Positions 1 to 11,322 of a stretch of 64,000 bases of DNA are shown here, piece after piece (positions within the stretch are counted from its first letter, which is position 1; each line of letters begins with the position of its first letter). The position numbers and the translations under genes are program-made. The notes beneath the pieces were generated by a model. The model was given only the letters and a program-made list of their open reading frames with translations, was not told the DNA's origin and made no database searches. Origin of the DNA: Thecamonas trahens ATCC 50062 (taxonomy: Eukaryota > Protista > Apusomonadida); contig NW_013657674.1 of NCBI RefSeq assembly GCF_000142905.1, positions 218,709-282,708 on the forward strand, written 5' to 3'.

Positions 1-396
1 CGGTCGCCAAATGGCCCACAAACAGAGCGCCAGCCAGCTCGGCCTGATACGGCTCCAACTCGTTGTCAGGCGTGAGCAACAGTGCGACCTTGGTCTTCGC
101 AGCCTCTTCCCCATGCGCAGCCACCGCAGCATCGAGCGGCGACAAGCGCGGCTTCAGCAAGCCGTCACAGGGCGCAGTGTCTGACATATCTGTCCGCAAG
201 ACAAGTGTGCGTGCGCGTGTACGCGTGCCCACAAAGGGTCAAGCCTATGGCAGGTGCCAGCCAAGTCAGGTGCCTCCGGCAACACCAGCACCAGCCAGGG
301 TGGTGGGGCATTGCTCGGCGACAGGCCACCACACCCGTCCCTCCCCCCCCCCCCATACATACTTCCTCCCTCTCTAACTACACAGAATCTCGACTT

Positions 397-1569
397 ATGG
401 CAGACCTGGGCATGGGCATGTCGTCGCTCTCGCCGTCGTCGCAAGACGTCCATGGTCTGGCGCCTCCGCCGCTGGAGCGACTCGACGGACTGACTGATGA
501 TGATGACAATGATCATGCTGATGCCTTTGATGCAGATGGCAGCTTAGGTGATGGACGCTATGGCGAGTATGCTGCTGGACCGAGAAGGTCGGGAGCGCGG
601 GCGGAAGCTGGCTGGGACAACAGTGGTGATGATGATCCGCCTGTGCTGCCACCGCGGAGGCAGTATCCCGGGTTTGATCATGGTGGCGAGTCTTCGGATG
701 GCGATGAGGTTGGGGGTCATTCGATGGCGTACGGTGTGGCCGCCCCGAGGCGGCATGCAAGAGTTGCTGAACATGAGCTGCGGCGGGTGGTGCGGATGCC
801 GGCGCTGCAGCCGAGCACGCTGCCAGCGGTCGGGGCTGGCGTGCTGGTGGCGACTGTGGGCGCGACGTTTGTGCTCTCGTTTGGCTACGGTCACAGCTCG
901 ACTTCAGGTGGCCTGCCGCCGATCTCGGCCACCGGTGTGGCGGCGCCCGAGTCGGGCATCTTTTCGGCAGGCATGACGGTGCTGGCGGTCCTGCTGGGCT
1001 TGGCGGCGTACGTGCTGCATCAGTACATTGCTGCCGCTCACGGCCAGCTCATTGCTGCCGGGCGTGGGCTGCGACTGGTAGGCTTTTCGACGCTCACAAG
1101 CTGGAACACTTGCCTGCTCGCCGTCTCGTACGCCTCGGTCGTCTTTCTGGCAGTGCTGGGCAACGTCTCGCTCCGCGACGCGTTCTGGGTCCACCAGGCA
1201 GCCGCCGCGCTGTTCTTCTACACCGCCTTTGCGCAGGCGTGGATCTCGACGTACCTGCTGCACAAGCTCAACCCGCGCCCGCTCCGGTCTGCGCACGCCA
1301 AGTGGTGGCTGGCGTTCAAGAAGAACATGGTCATTGCCATCGGCGTCACCATGGTACCGCTCCGCGTCGCCGGCGCCATCGCCATCTCGACCATGGCCTC
1401 AAAAGCGTCACAGCAAGCCGCGCTTACCACCTTTGGCTCGCTCACCCAGTACCTTCTTGTCTCCTTGCTTGCTGCCTTTGTCTACTCGTTCCGCCACGAG
1501 TTTGCTTCAGTCTCGGCCGTCCTCACCATCTCGACCGCAGCCTACACCGCCCCGCCGATCTCGCCCTAG
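397..1569 (+). CDS. DRAM/Frag1/Sfk1 (TMEM150-like) multipass membrane protein with acidic disordered N-terminus
   Basis: 'LPPISATGVAAPESGIFS' matches the family PxISxxGxxxPExxxF motif; 'FWVHQAAAALFF' has the conserved His; about 6 TM segments. CTAAC branch point and CACAG acceptor at 374-385 suggest an upstream intron, so the start is uncertain. Confidence 0.8.
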   Translation: MADLGMGMSSLSPSSQDVHGLAPPPLERLDGLTDDDDNDHADAFDADGSLGDGRYGEYAAGPRRSGARAEAGWDNSGDDDPPVLPPRRQYPGFDHGGESSDGDEVGGHSMAYGVAAPRRHARVAEHELRRVVRMPALQPSTLPAVGAGVLVATVGATFVLSFGYGHSSTSGGLPPISATGVAAPESGIFSAGMTVLAVLLGLAAYVLHQYIAAAHGQLIAAGRGLRLVGFSTLTSWNTCLLAVSYASVVFLAVLGNVSLRDAFWVHQAAAALFFYTAFAQAWISTYLLHKLNPRPLRSAHAKWWLAFKKNMVIAIGVTMVPLRVAGAIAISTMASKASQQAALTTFGSLTQYLLVSLLAAFVYSFRHEFASVSAVLTISTAAYTAPPISP

Positions 1570-1716
1570 CTACGCACACTAAACGTACCTGAATCGTTGC
1601 ACCGCACAACATCGCAGCCATTTCTATCCCCAAGCCGTGCACGGGCGTCGCCTTTTCCTCCATAAACGCCGTGGAATCGTCCATCATGCCCATCGGCCCG
1701 CCGGTCGTTCGACCCG

Positions 1717-2838
1717 ATGTCCACCGAACACCGCCAGACCTCGCTCCACCTGTGGTCGACCATGTCATCGTCGTCAACCAAGGGAGTGCGCCAACGGCGC
1801 AAGACGGTCGAGAAGACATCCAAGGAGCCGACAGAGGAGACCAAGGTGGGTGAGAGTGAGCCCGAGTCGCCAACGTCCTCGGTGCTGCCGTCGTCGCATG
1901 CCCCCGCCGACATCCAGGCCGAGGTGGTGGCCGAGCTCCGCGGCAAGATCCTGTTCCGGCACGAGCTTGTCTTTGTCCTCTCGTGCATCAATGTCTTTGC
2001 CACGGCGTTTATCCTGGGGCGATGGCCGGTAGAGTACTACAAGTGGCACAGCATCAAGGCTGTTGTGCTGATGACTACGCGGACGTACACGTTCTTCAAG
2101 CAAAACTACCACATGTACCTCCTTGATCTTTGCTACTTTGTCAACGTCCTCGTCATGGTCTACGTCTGGATTCTCCCGCATAATGCTATGCTCTTTCGCA
2201 TCATCTTTGCCCTCTCCGGCACGCTCACCGCCTCGATCGCCCTCTTCCGCAACTCGCTGGTCCTCCACTCGCACGCCTTTATGACCTCGCTCTGGTTGCA
2301 TCTCTCACCGCCGCTCATGGCCTGGGGTATCCGATGGCACGCCACCAACGGCGAGCCGTTCACCTATTGCATCACCGACGCGTGCTCGGTCTCGGCCTTT
2401 GCTGCCGAGCACGGCTATTGGGGCATCTTTGGGCCGGTCTTTGCCTTTTACGCCTTCTGGATTATCGTCCACTACTCAATCGTGTTTGTCATCAAGGAGA
2501 AAGCTGTCCGCGAGCAGGGGCTAGCCACTCTCTACGCCTCGTCATCGCTGCGTCCGCTTGTCGCCCTCGGCGGCGACGCCGAGTGGAGGCGCCGCGCCGT
2601 CTACTTTGGAGGCCACGCTGTCTTTGCCGCCATCTCGTGCATTGGCGCCATGATCATGTGGTCACACTACTGGATCCACACCCTCTACCTCTGCGCCGTC
2701 ATGATCTGCTCCGCCTGGAATGGTGCCACTTTTATGTTCCACGTCTTCTCCGCCCGGTATCAGGACGAGCTCAAGGCCAAGGCCGAGGCCAAGGCTCAGA
2801 TATCATTCGACGGCGATGCGCCGCCTACCATCCTCTGA
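1717..2838 (+). CDS. GPC1: Glycerophosphocholine acyltransferase (GPC1/DUF2838)
   Basis: Motifs 'HMYLLDLCYFVN', 'FRNSLVLHS...TSLWLHLSP' and 'SAWNGATFMFHVFS' are typical of Gpc1/GPCAT; multiple TM helices. Start at 1717 or 1762. Confidence 0.88.
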   Translation: MSTEHRQTSLHLWSTMSSSSTKGVRQRRKTVEKTSKEPTEETKVGESEPESPTSSVLPSSHAPADIQAEVVAELRGKILFRHELVFVLSCINVFATAFILGRWPVEYYKWHSIKAVVLMTTRTYTFFKQNYHMYLLDLCYFVNVLVMVYVWILPHNAMLFRIIFALSGTLTASIALFRNSLVLHSHAFMTSLWLHLSPPLMAWGIRWHATNGEPFTYCITDACSVSAFAAEHGYWGIFGPVFAFYAFWIIVHYSIVFVIKEKAVREQGLATLYASSSLRPLVALGGDAEWRRRAVYFGGHAVFAAISCIGAMIMWSHYWIHTLYLCAVMICSAWNGATFMFHVFSARYQDELKAKAEAKAQISFDGDAPPTIL

Positions 2839-3196
2839 TGTTTGCCCATGCAAGCAGATGAAGCCTTCCACCCGTGACACTTGCCATGACGCGCGTGCTC
2901 TACATCGCTTTCGCAGGCTTCGCAGTCCGTACTTGCCTCTCCTCCCGCTGTACCACTGGCCCCACACATACCGCGCCCAGCCGATCCTACTCAATCAACC
3001 TACCCAATGGCCAACCACCCAACACCTCCCTTTGCTACCCATTGCTACCCTTTGCTACCCCCTCTGTCCGCATTAAGATCAGATTGAGATCCCCACTACT
3101 ACCCCCCTCCGCGGACGGCTTGGCCCTGGGCTCGGCCTTGGACTCGGGACCCGGCGCCCAGAACTGACGGCCACCTCTCCCTGCTCACACCCTTGA

Positions 3197-4540
3197 ATGT
3201 TCTCCCTCGCCCGGACGACCCTCACCGCCTCTGGCGCGGTCATGCGGCCTGTGCTCGCCACCGCTGTACGTCCCTACCCTGCACCTCCCCCCCCCCCCCT
3301 TCTGCCCCCCATGACTGTCACTGCTACAGATGGCGGCACCGGCGCGGTCGCTCAACCTCCACGAGTACCAGTCGAAGGAGCTGATGCAGAAGGCTGGGCT
3401 CTACATTCAGCAGTTTGGCGTGGCAGAGACGCCCGAGGAGGCCGAGAAGGTGGCGGCCAACATGGTGTTCGACGAGGGCTCCGAGTTTGTCATCAAGGCC
3501 ATGGTCCACGCAGGTGGGCGCGGCAAGGGTGTGTTCACCAACGGATTCAAGGGCGGTGTCCACCTCGCCAAGACGCCCGAGGAGGTCCGCGAGCTGGGCC
3601 TCAACATGCTCGGCCACTCGCTGGTGACCAAGCAGACGCCGGCTGAGGGCGTGCACGTCGGCAAAATCATGGTGGCCGAGGCGCTGGACATTGACGAGGA
3701 GAAGTACTTTGCCATCCTCATGGACCGCGAGTACAACGGCCCGGTCCTCATCGCGTCGCCGCAGGGCGGCATGGACATCGAGGCAGTGGCCGAGGAGACT
3801 CCGGACGCCATCATGTACGAGCCGGTCAACATCAACACCGGGCTCACCGACGAGCAGCTGCAGCGCGTGGTCAAGTTCCTCAAGTTCAAGACCGAGACTC
3901 ACGAAGAGTCCGCCAAGGAGCAGATCGCCAAGCTCTACGACATGTTCCTCGACGTCGACGCCACCCAGATCGAGATCAACCCGCTCGGGACGCTCGAGAC
4001 TGGGCGTGTGCTCTGCTTTGACGCCAAGGTCAACTTTGACCCCAACGCCGAGTTCCGCCAGAAGGACGTCTTTACCATGCACGACACGTCCGAGGACGAC
4101 CCGCGTGAGGTCGAGGCCGCCAAGTACGACCTCAACTACATCGGCATGGACGGCAACATTGGTGCCTTGTCAACGGCGCCGGTCTCGCCATGGCCACCAT
4201 GGACCAGATCGCGCTCGAGGGCGCCACGCCGGCCAACTTCCTTGACGTCGGCGGCGGCGCGACCGAGGAGCAGGTCGAGGCTGCGCTGCGCATCATCTCG
4301 TCGGACACCCAGGTCAAGGCCATCCTCGTCAACATCTTTGGCGGCATCATGCGGTGCTCGACCATCGCCAAGGGCCTCACCTCGGCCCTCGAGTCGCTCA
4401 ACCTCGACATCCCGCTCGTTGTCCGCCTCGAGGGCACCGAGGTCGAGGAGGGCAACCGCATCCTCAAGGAGTCCGGCTTTGCCATCACCACCGCCACCGA
4501 CCTCGAGGACGCCGCCAAGAAGGCCGTCGCTACCCTCTAG
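3197..4540 (+). CDS. SUCLG2: Mitochondrial succinyl-CoA ligase beta subunit (closer to GDP-forming type); exon 1 3197-3265, intron 3266-3329, single-base frameshift at ~4163
   Basis: Presequence MFSLARTT... splices in phase 0 (GTACGT..CTACAG) to 'LNLHEYQSK', 'AGGRGKG', 'DAKVNFD'. GNIG|[12 protein letters not shown] needs one extra base; the C-terminal 'ANFLDVGGG', '[10 protein letters not shown]' lie in ORF 4190-4540. Confidence 0.93.
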
Positions 4541-4643
4541 CTCCCACCATGGCGCCATCTTTTATCGTCAACGACGAGAGACAGTAACACACTGCCCGCA
4601 CCCCACACCACAGTTCGGCTCTTTCAATCACTTTCTCTGCTCT

Positions 4644-7623
4644 CTACATGAGGCCGATAGCGTCGCCGATGGCCATGCCGTTCGACGCGCCGGCTGTGTC
4701 GTCGTCGCCAGTGTACACGTCCTGGTCGTAGATGGCCGGCCGCGTCGGGAGGCCCGGCATGAGCGAGACCGAGCCGGCAATGGGCACCACAAAGCCGGCG
4801 CCGATGGCCGACTTGACGTCAGAAATCTCAAAGGTGTACCCGCTCGGCTTGCCGCCCTTGTCGGCCGGCCGGTGCGAAAAGGCGTACTGCGTCTTGGCAA
4901 TGCACACTGGAAGCTTGCCAAACCCGAGCCGCTCGTAGTCACGGAGCCGCGCCGTGGCCTTGGTCGAGTACTTGACGCCGTCGGCGCCGTAAATCTCACG
5001 GGCGATGACCTCGATTTTGTCCTTGAGCGGCAGGTCGAGCTCGTAGAGGTGCTTAAAGTCGGACGGCTCCTGGGTGGCGGCGATGACGGCGTTGGCAAGA
5101 TCAACCGCGCCGGCGCCGCCCTTGCCGTGGTGCTCCGAGCAAACAGCATCGACTGCGCCGGCGGCAATAGCGGCATCGCGGACAAGCGCAACCTCGGCGT
5201 CGGTGTCGGTGGAAAACTTGTTGATGGCGACCACAACCGGGACGCCGTACTTGGTCAGGTTGCCAATGTGGTCGCGGAGGTTGGTCAGGCCGGCCTCGAG
5301 CAGGTCGAGCGCCTCTGATGTGTATGCGTCGTCGAGCGGGCGGCCCGGCGAGACAGGCGGCCCGCCGCCGTGGACCTTGAGCGCGCGGACAGTGGCAACA
5401 AGAACCACCGCTGACGGCTGAAGGCCCGAGACCCGGCACTTGATGTTGAAGAACTTCTCGGCGCCGATGGCCTCCGAAAAGCCGGCCTCGGTGACGACAA
5501 AGCCGTCGTTACCGACGAGCTTGAGGGCGACCTGGTCGGCGATGACCGCCGAGTTGCCGACAGAGATGTTGGCAAAGCACGAGCCCGACACAAGTACGGG
5601 CGTGCCCTCGATGGTCTGCATCAGGTTCGGCTTGACCGTGTCGCGCATGATGAGGGTGGCAGCACCAGTGACACCGAGATCGTCGACGGTCACGGCGTCG
5701 CCCGACCGCGAGAACGCCACCACAGTGTTGCCGATCTTCTCCTTGAGGTCGCCCAGCGAGGTGCAGAGGACCTGCGCCGAGCACAGCTCCGACGCCGAGG
5801 TCACTGCAAACTCGGCCTCGCGAATGCGGCCCTTCTCGGTCGGGCTCTGGTTGATGGTGATCTTGCGGAGCGAACGGTCGTTAACGTCGAGCACGCGCAT
5901 AAACGAAATGGTGTGGGGGTCGATGTCGAGCCGGACAAACTTGCGGATCTCCTCAGGCGTGAGCTCGTCGGGCTCGGTCTTGTCGATGCCGAGCTTGGCG
6001 AGGCGCTTGAGCATGATGGGCGCAAAGGTGCGGACGCCCTTGACGGTCGGCACAAGGCGCCGATAGAGCGCGGCGTCCGACTGGGTCGACTCGTGGTACA
6101 TGCGGGTGTCAAGCTGTGCTGCAATGAGGTTCGTTGCCAGCGACGCGTAGTGCGAGTCCGGCAGGCCGAGGTTGAACACGTCCATAGGCACAATCTGGGC
6201 GTAGCCGCCGCCGGCCGCGCCGCCCTTGATGCCAAAGGTGGTGGACATGGCCGGGACCCGCGCGGTGCAGACAACGTTGCGATCCAGATGCGCACCCAGC
6301 GCTTGCGAGAGCCCGATAGCCGTCGTCGACTTGCCCTCTCCCAGCGGCGTCGGGTTGATGCCCGTGATGAGCACGTACTTGCCCTGAGGCGCATCCGGAC
6401 CCAGCCGCTCTAGCACCGCCGCCGCGTCGACCTTGCCTGCGTAGTGACCCACCGGGATGTACTCGTCATCCACCAGTCCCAGCTTCTCGGCCATGACGTG
6501 GCCTTTGGCCGGCTTGACCGACTGCGAGCTGTGTACGAGCAAGGGAGGGAAAAGGGGGGGGGGGGGGGGGGAGTGGGTGACGTGGCCGAAGGGGAGGGGG
6601 GGGGGGGAGGGGAAGGGGAAGGGCGGAGGGGAAGGGGAAGGGCGAGGGGGGGGGCGGTACATCNNNNNNNNNNNNNNNNNNNNNNNNNNNNNNNNNNNNN
6701 NNNNNNNNNNNNNNNNNNNNNNNNNNNNNNNNNNNNNNNNNNNNNNNNNNNNNNNNNNNNNNNTAGCATCAGTAACAGCGCTCTTCTTACGACAGGCACG
6801 GGTTTCTCTCATCATGTGTGTATCGTCAAGTTCAAGGTTCGGGCGGCGCGCAACCTGCCTGTCATGGGCGAGGCGACTGGGCCTGCCGACGCCTATGTAG
6901 AGGTCAAGCTCGGCGATCAGCAGTTCGGAGAGACGGACATTGCGCGAAAGCCGTTGTCTTCATTTTTGGCAAAGTGAACTACTTTCGGCAGGAGGTGTCG
7001 GACGATGGTGATGTGCAGGACTCGCCACTGGAGCTCAAGTTTTGGGACCATGATCTTAATGATTTACACGTCATAGGCTCGGGCCGCATCGATCGGGAAG
7101 GGGAAGGGCGGAGGGGAAGGGGAAGGGCAGGGGGGGGGGCGTACATCTCAATGTCGGACGGGGTGGGTGTGGCCACCTCGAGTGGGGGCGTCGACTTGAC
7201 AAACAGAGGCGCAGCAGACGACATGAAGGAGGCAGCAGCGGTGAAGAAAGGTGCTGTCAACAACCGTGTCTGTCGGCTGACGGTGGCGGTGGCGGTGGCG
7301 GTGGAGGCAGCGGTGGAGGCAGCGGCAGAGGTAGTGGCCAAGGTGGCCAGGGTGCTGGTAGAAGTGGTCAGATGGCCTATCACTGTGCGAGGTGGATAAA
7401 GGGTGTGGTAGAGGTGGGTGGACGCCGGCTGCGTGGAGGCGATGCGCCTGGGGCCGGATGCTATGCCTCGCTGTGTGCTCCTGGTGGTGGTCAGCGGCTG
7501 CAGCGGCAAAGACGACGAGTGACGCGCAGCGGGGCGGCCGGAGGAGAAGGCCAGACCGACTGCCCTTCGCCCGGCAGTCCACACAAGGACTGCGGCACGA
7601 GCCATGCTACCTCCACGCATCAT
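4644..7623 (-). CDS. MTHFD1L: Formate-tetrahydrofolate ligase (monofunctional, MTHFD1L-like, probable mitochondrial presequence); exons 7623-7145 and 6528-4644
   Basis: 'ITGINPTPLGEGKSTT', 'FGIKGGAAGGGY', 'VVTEAGF', 'MPGLPTRP'. Phase-2 splice GAG AT|GTAC..TACACAG|C TCG restores 'PSDIEISQSVKP'. The intron spans an assembly gap. Confidence 0.85.
6664..6763. other. Assembly gap (100 N)
   Basis: Run of N. Confidence 1.
6814..7094 (+). pseudogene. C2CD5: Frameshifted N-terminal C2-domain fragment of a C2CD5-like gene, probably chimeric sequence
   Basis: 'KVRAARNLPVM...DAYVEVKLG...YFRQEVSDDGDVQDSPLELKFWDHD...IGSGRID' resembles the C2CD5 N-terminus. It is split over two frames and ends abruptly at GATC 7091-7094. 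Confidence 0.65.
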
Positions 7624-7735
7624 CTTGCTTCCGCTCGTTTGCCTGCGAGTGCTGTGCCTCTCCTCCCCCTCCACCCCACCCCCACCCCGGTTCAACTCCT
7701 CTGCTTGCCCTCGGGCTCTCAACCCGCTACCGACC

Positions 7736-7764
7736 CGACTCGACTCGACTCGACTCGACTCGAC
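7736..7764 (+). repeat. (CGACT)n pentanucleotide microsatellite in a divergent intergenic region
   Basis: About 5-6 perfect CGACT units. Confidence 0.85.
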
Positions 7765-8171
7765 GGGGGGTTCACCGATACGGTTCGACTCAGCACCATT
7801 GCCCCGATCGAGGTACTACAGGAGCTAGCAGTGGTCGGGGGGGGGGGGGGGGGGGGAGGGGGGAGGGTGTTTGATGCTTGCGAGATACACCGGATGCCAT
7901 GATCGGATGCCAGATGCGTGTCGACAGCCTTGGCCTGGCCTCAGCGATGGGGTGTGGGGGAGCACATCATCGCAGCAGTCGATGATAATAACGGCCATAA
8001 ACTGGGTGCTTGGGTCGGGATGGGGCTGCTGCTCGGTGGTAGGCCGGCCGAAGGGGCAACCAGCAGCTGGTGAAGAAGGGACGTTCGCGGGGAACAGTGG
8101 CGGCAGCAGTGGCGGCAGCAGGCACAGGAGAGGGGATGCCGGAGGGTACCTGACTCGAGAAGAGGTCGACC

Positions 8172-9380
8172 ATGGCGCAGGTGCCCATACAGGGCGCACA
8201 TGGTGTGCAGGGTGGTGGGACAGGAGGTGAGAGCCTCTCGGGTGCCTCCGCCCTTGACGCCCTCGACGCCCTCCTGGCCCAGCCGCTCCCCACCGTGACC
8301 GAGGACGATCTGTCGTCCCTGGCCCTGCCTCCACTCTCCGCCACTCCTGCTGCGCCTGCCTTGTTTGATCCGCCCACCTCGCCCGCCATGTCCAAAGAGC
8401 CCGTCATCCCTGCATTGTCTGCATCGCCGGTGGCTGCAGCCGGATCCGTCACATCCGCCACCACGGCGTCATCGCCCCTCATATCGTCCCTCTTTGCTGC
8501 ACCGATTGCTGAACCGTCTGGGCCCCGGGCCATGGCTGCTGCACCCTCCAGCCCTCTTCTGACGGCTGCCGCTCCCGATGCGGGCTTTGCTGTCCCGCTC
8601 GAGTGGCCAGCGTTCCAGACACAGCCCAAGGCCCAACCCCAGGCCGCGGTCTCCACTCTGGCGCCGCAACTGCCACCGGCACGGGTTCTGGTTGAGCTCA
8701 TCGGGCACGGCAATGTGCTTGATGTTGTGGTGCCCGACGTGCCGGACCACGTGGCGATGCGCCCGTCGGCAAAGGGCGTTCGCTTTGCCCAAGTCATCGA
8801 GTACTCGGACGGCGCTGTGGCCGACCTTCAGACCAAGGAGGACGAGCGACTGGCGCTCAAGCTCCAGCAGCAGCTCAACGGCCCGCCGATGTCTGACCGC
8901 GAGGCCCGCCGTGCCCGTCGCAAGGAGAAGAAGCGTGCTCGCGCCGCCGCAGCCGCAGCCACCGGCGCAATGCCTGCAGCGTCGGCTTCGCCAGCTCCGC
9001 CCGTTGCTGCTGCCGCTGATCTCTCTTCGGCCTCGTTTGAAGAGCTGAGCATCATTCTTGACACCTCGGCTGACATTGCCATCCTCGAAGCCGCCGCCCG
9101 CGAACTGGCGCGTCGCTCCGACGCTGCTGCCACTGCTGCCGCTGCGGCACCTACGGCTGCAGCACCTGTTTCCGGCATCCCTGTCGCCATGCCCGCCGCC
9201 ACTGGCGCCGCATCGCAGCCCTCTCACGTCGCCCCATCGCCGCCTACCCCATCGACCACCTTGTCGCCATCTGGTGTCCACCTCCCTGAGTTCTGGGAAG
9301 AGCGGACCGCGCCTGATGGCCGCATTTACTACCTCAATCACAAGGATCGCTCCACCCATTGGAAGCCACCATCCGCATAA
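8172..9380 (+). CDS. Ala/Pro-rich protein with C-terminal WW domain
   Basis: 'LPEFWEERTAPDGRIYYLNHKDRSTHWKPP' is a canonical WW domain; UIM-like 'EDERLALKLQQQ'. Confidence 0.8.
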   Translation: MAQVPIQGAHGVQGGGTGGESLSGASALDALDALLAQPLPTVTEDDLSSLALPPLSATPAAPALFDPPTSPAMSKEPVIPALSASPVAAAGSVTSATTASSPLISSLFAAPIAEPSGPRAMAAAPSSPLLTAAAPDAGFAVPLEWPAFQTQPKAQPQAAVSTLAPQLPPARVLVELIGHGNVLDVVVPDVPDHVAMRPSAKGVRFAQVIEYSDGAVADLQTKEDERLALKLQQQLNGPPMSDREARRARRKEKKRARAAAAAATGAMPAASASPAPPVAAAADLSSASFEELSIILDTSADIAILEAAARELARRSDAAATAAAAAPTAAAPVSGIPVAMPAATGAASQPSHVAPSPPTPSTTLSPSGVHLPEFWEERTAPDGRIYYLNHKDRSTHWKPPSA

Positions 9381-9577
9381 GCGATAAACCGTTCTCCCAC
9401 CACGTCGCCCGAGTTGTCTCTCGGAACTGCCGTGACTGAAAGGATGACAGCCAAATTGAGTGCGATCCCTCGTCGCTGACCGCTCTGCTCAACTTCGGCA
9501 GGCACTCGTGGCGACCGGAGGGAACGCCACAGTTATGGGCTAGACCACCTTACTCACGGTTGCCCAAGGCATAGAGC

Positions 9578-10801
9578 ATGGCGTCGCCTCCGTCTGAAGC
9601 TGGGCTGGTGCCCCCAACACCAGCGGTGGTCATTGCCCCGCCCGAGAGCTCGGCTGCGCCGCCCGAGAGCTACGCCGCTCGCGCCGCCAAGGACATTGTC
9701 GCCGGGAGCATAGGCGGCTGCTGTGTACGGCGACGTGGATCGAGGGGGGGGGGGGGGGGGGGGGGGGTAGGGTAAGGGAGGCGGAGGCAGGATGGCGGGA
9801 ACTCACAGGACGAGAGGCTGTGCGTGGTGATGATGGACGTGATGCTGATGATCGACATGACAATGGACACGGTGCTGGGCATGATGATGGCGACAACATC
9901 GTCCTCGACTCGTACATCTACACCTGCGCATGCACTTGCTCCTCCTCGGGTTGCGGGCATGTGGCTGGGCATGGGCGATGTGAGAGGGTAGCTGACGGTC
10001 ACGGGCTACCCGTTTGATCTGGTCAAGGTGCGGACGCAGGCGGCCGGGCCGGGCGCAGGCGGGACCTGGAGTATGCTGCGGCAGACGGTGGCGACCGAGG
10101 GCTTCCGCGGACTGTACAAGGGCATGGCATCGCCGCTGACGGGCATGCTCTCCATGAACGCACTCTGCTTCCTCACCTACGGCCAGGCCAAGTACGCGCT
10201 CAGGCCTGAGGGCTTTGACGAGGACAAGGACGAGCTGCCGCTGGCGTCGATCGCCATCGCCGGCGCCACCGTCGGTGCCATCCTCTCCTTTGTTGAGGGT
10301 CCCATCGACCTGGTCAAGACCAAGGTCATGCTCGAGGGCATGGGCAAGAAGACCTCGATCGGCTCGGGCGCCATGGCGCAGCGGATCTGGAAGGCCCACG
10401 GAGTCCGCGGCCTCTTCCAGGGTCTCACCGCCACGCTTCTTCGCAATACTCCGGCCAACTCGATGTATTTTGTCGCCTACGAGATCGTCCGCCGTGCCAT
10501 GATCGAGCCCGGCGCCCCTGTCCCGGTCCATGTCTCCATCCTAGCCGGCGGTACCGCAGGCATCGCCTACACTGGCGCCCTCGGCTTTGACGTCATCAAG
10601 TCGAACATCATGTCTGACACCCTGCGCGGCGACAAGTACTCGGGCATCATCGACTGCGCCCGCAAGCTGTACGCCGCAGAAGGCGCCGGCGTCTTTGTCA
10701 AGGGCTGGGCCCCGTGCCTGCTGCGCGCCTTTCCGGGCAATGCCGCCCTCTTTGTCGGTCTCAACCTCACCTACAACTTGTTCGACATAGTCGGCTGGTG
10801 A
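9578..10801 (+). CDS. Mitochondrial carrier (SLC25, carnitine/ornithine-type); exons 9578-9724 and 9992-10801
   Basis: PxDxxKxR signatures 'PFDLVKVR', 'PIDLVKTK', 'GFDVIKSN'; 'GLYKGMASP', 'LLRAFPGNA'. Phase-0 intron GTACGG..GGTAG. Confidence 0.88.
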
Positions 10802-10947
10802 TGAGCATCACTGCTGCCATCTTTACCCGTCTCTTCTCCCCCCTCTCACTCTGACTGCCGATGCACCAGCTCGGAGGCGGCTGCAGTAAAGACCAGCGCA
10901 TCTGCACAAATCGCAGAGCATGACGCGATGGACCCCCTCACCAAGAG

Positions 10948-11322
10948 CTAGCTCTTGTCCGTTGCAGGCACAGCGCCCGATGCGACGAGCTGCTCGGCAA
11001 GTTTGGGTGAGAGGGTGACCCTGATCGGACCGGCGATGTCACCGCCCAGGTTGAGCTTCTTGTGCGCGCCATCGCAGAGCGGATACGTGGCCGATGCCCA
11101 GCACCGACACAGCGAGAGCCGCTTGCCCTTGCCGATGTGTTCTTCCGTCAGCTGCACCTCATCGATCGCAGCCCTGACCCGCCTGCTGCCGTCCTCGCCC
11201 TTGCCTACGCTCTCGTTGTTGCCGCCCGCCGTGCTCGTCCTCGCCCGCACCGCCGCGGCGCCCATCACACGCTGCATCCCTGCTGCTCCCGTCTTGGCAA
11301 CCTGCATTGCTCTCCGCAGCAT
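10948..11322 (-). CDS. CDGSH iron-sulfur domain protein (NEET family) with presequence-like N-terminus
   Basis: 'LCRCWASATYPLCDGAH' is the CxCx2(S)x3PxCDG(S/A)H 2Fe-2S motif; Arg-rich, acid-poor N-terminus MLRRAMQVAK. Confidence 0.88.
   Translation of the reverse strand: MLRRAMQVAKTGAAGMQRVMGAAAVRARTSTAGGNNESVGKGEDGSRRVRAAIDEVQLTEEHIGKGKRLSLCRCWASATYPLCDGAHKKLNLGGDIAGPIRVTLSPKLAEQLVASGAVPATDKS

Noticed and set aside
4165-5318. 662-aa ORF extending SUCLG2 over FTHFS
   Set aside because: Out-of-frame read-through after the single-base break; the true C-terminus ends at 4540.
9820-9905. His/Asp-rich mini-ORF inside the SLC25 intron
   Set aside because: No splice sites that keep the carrier fold intact; GAT-rich low complexity.
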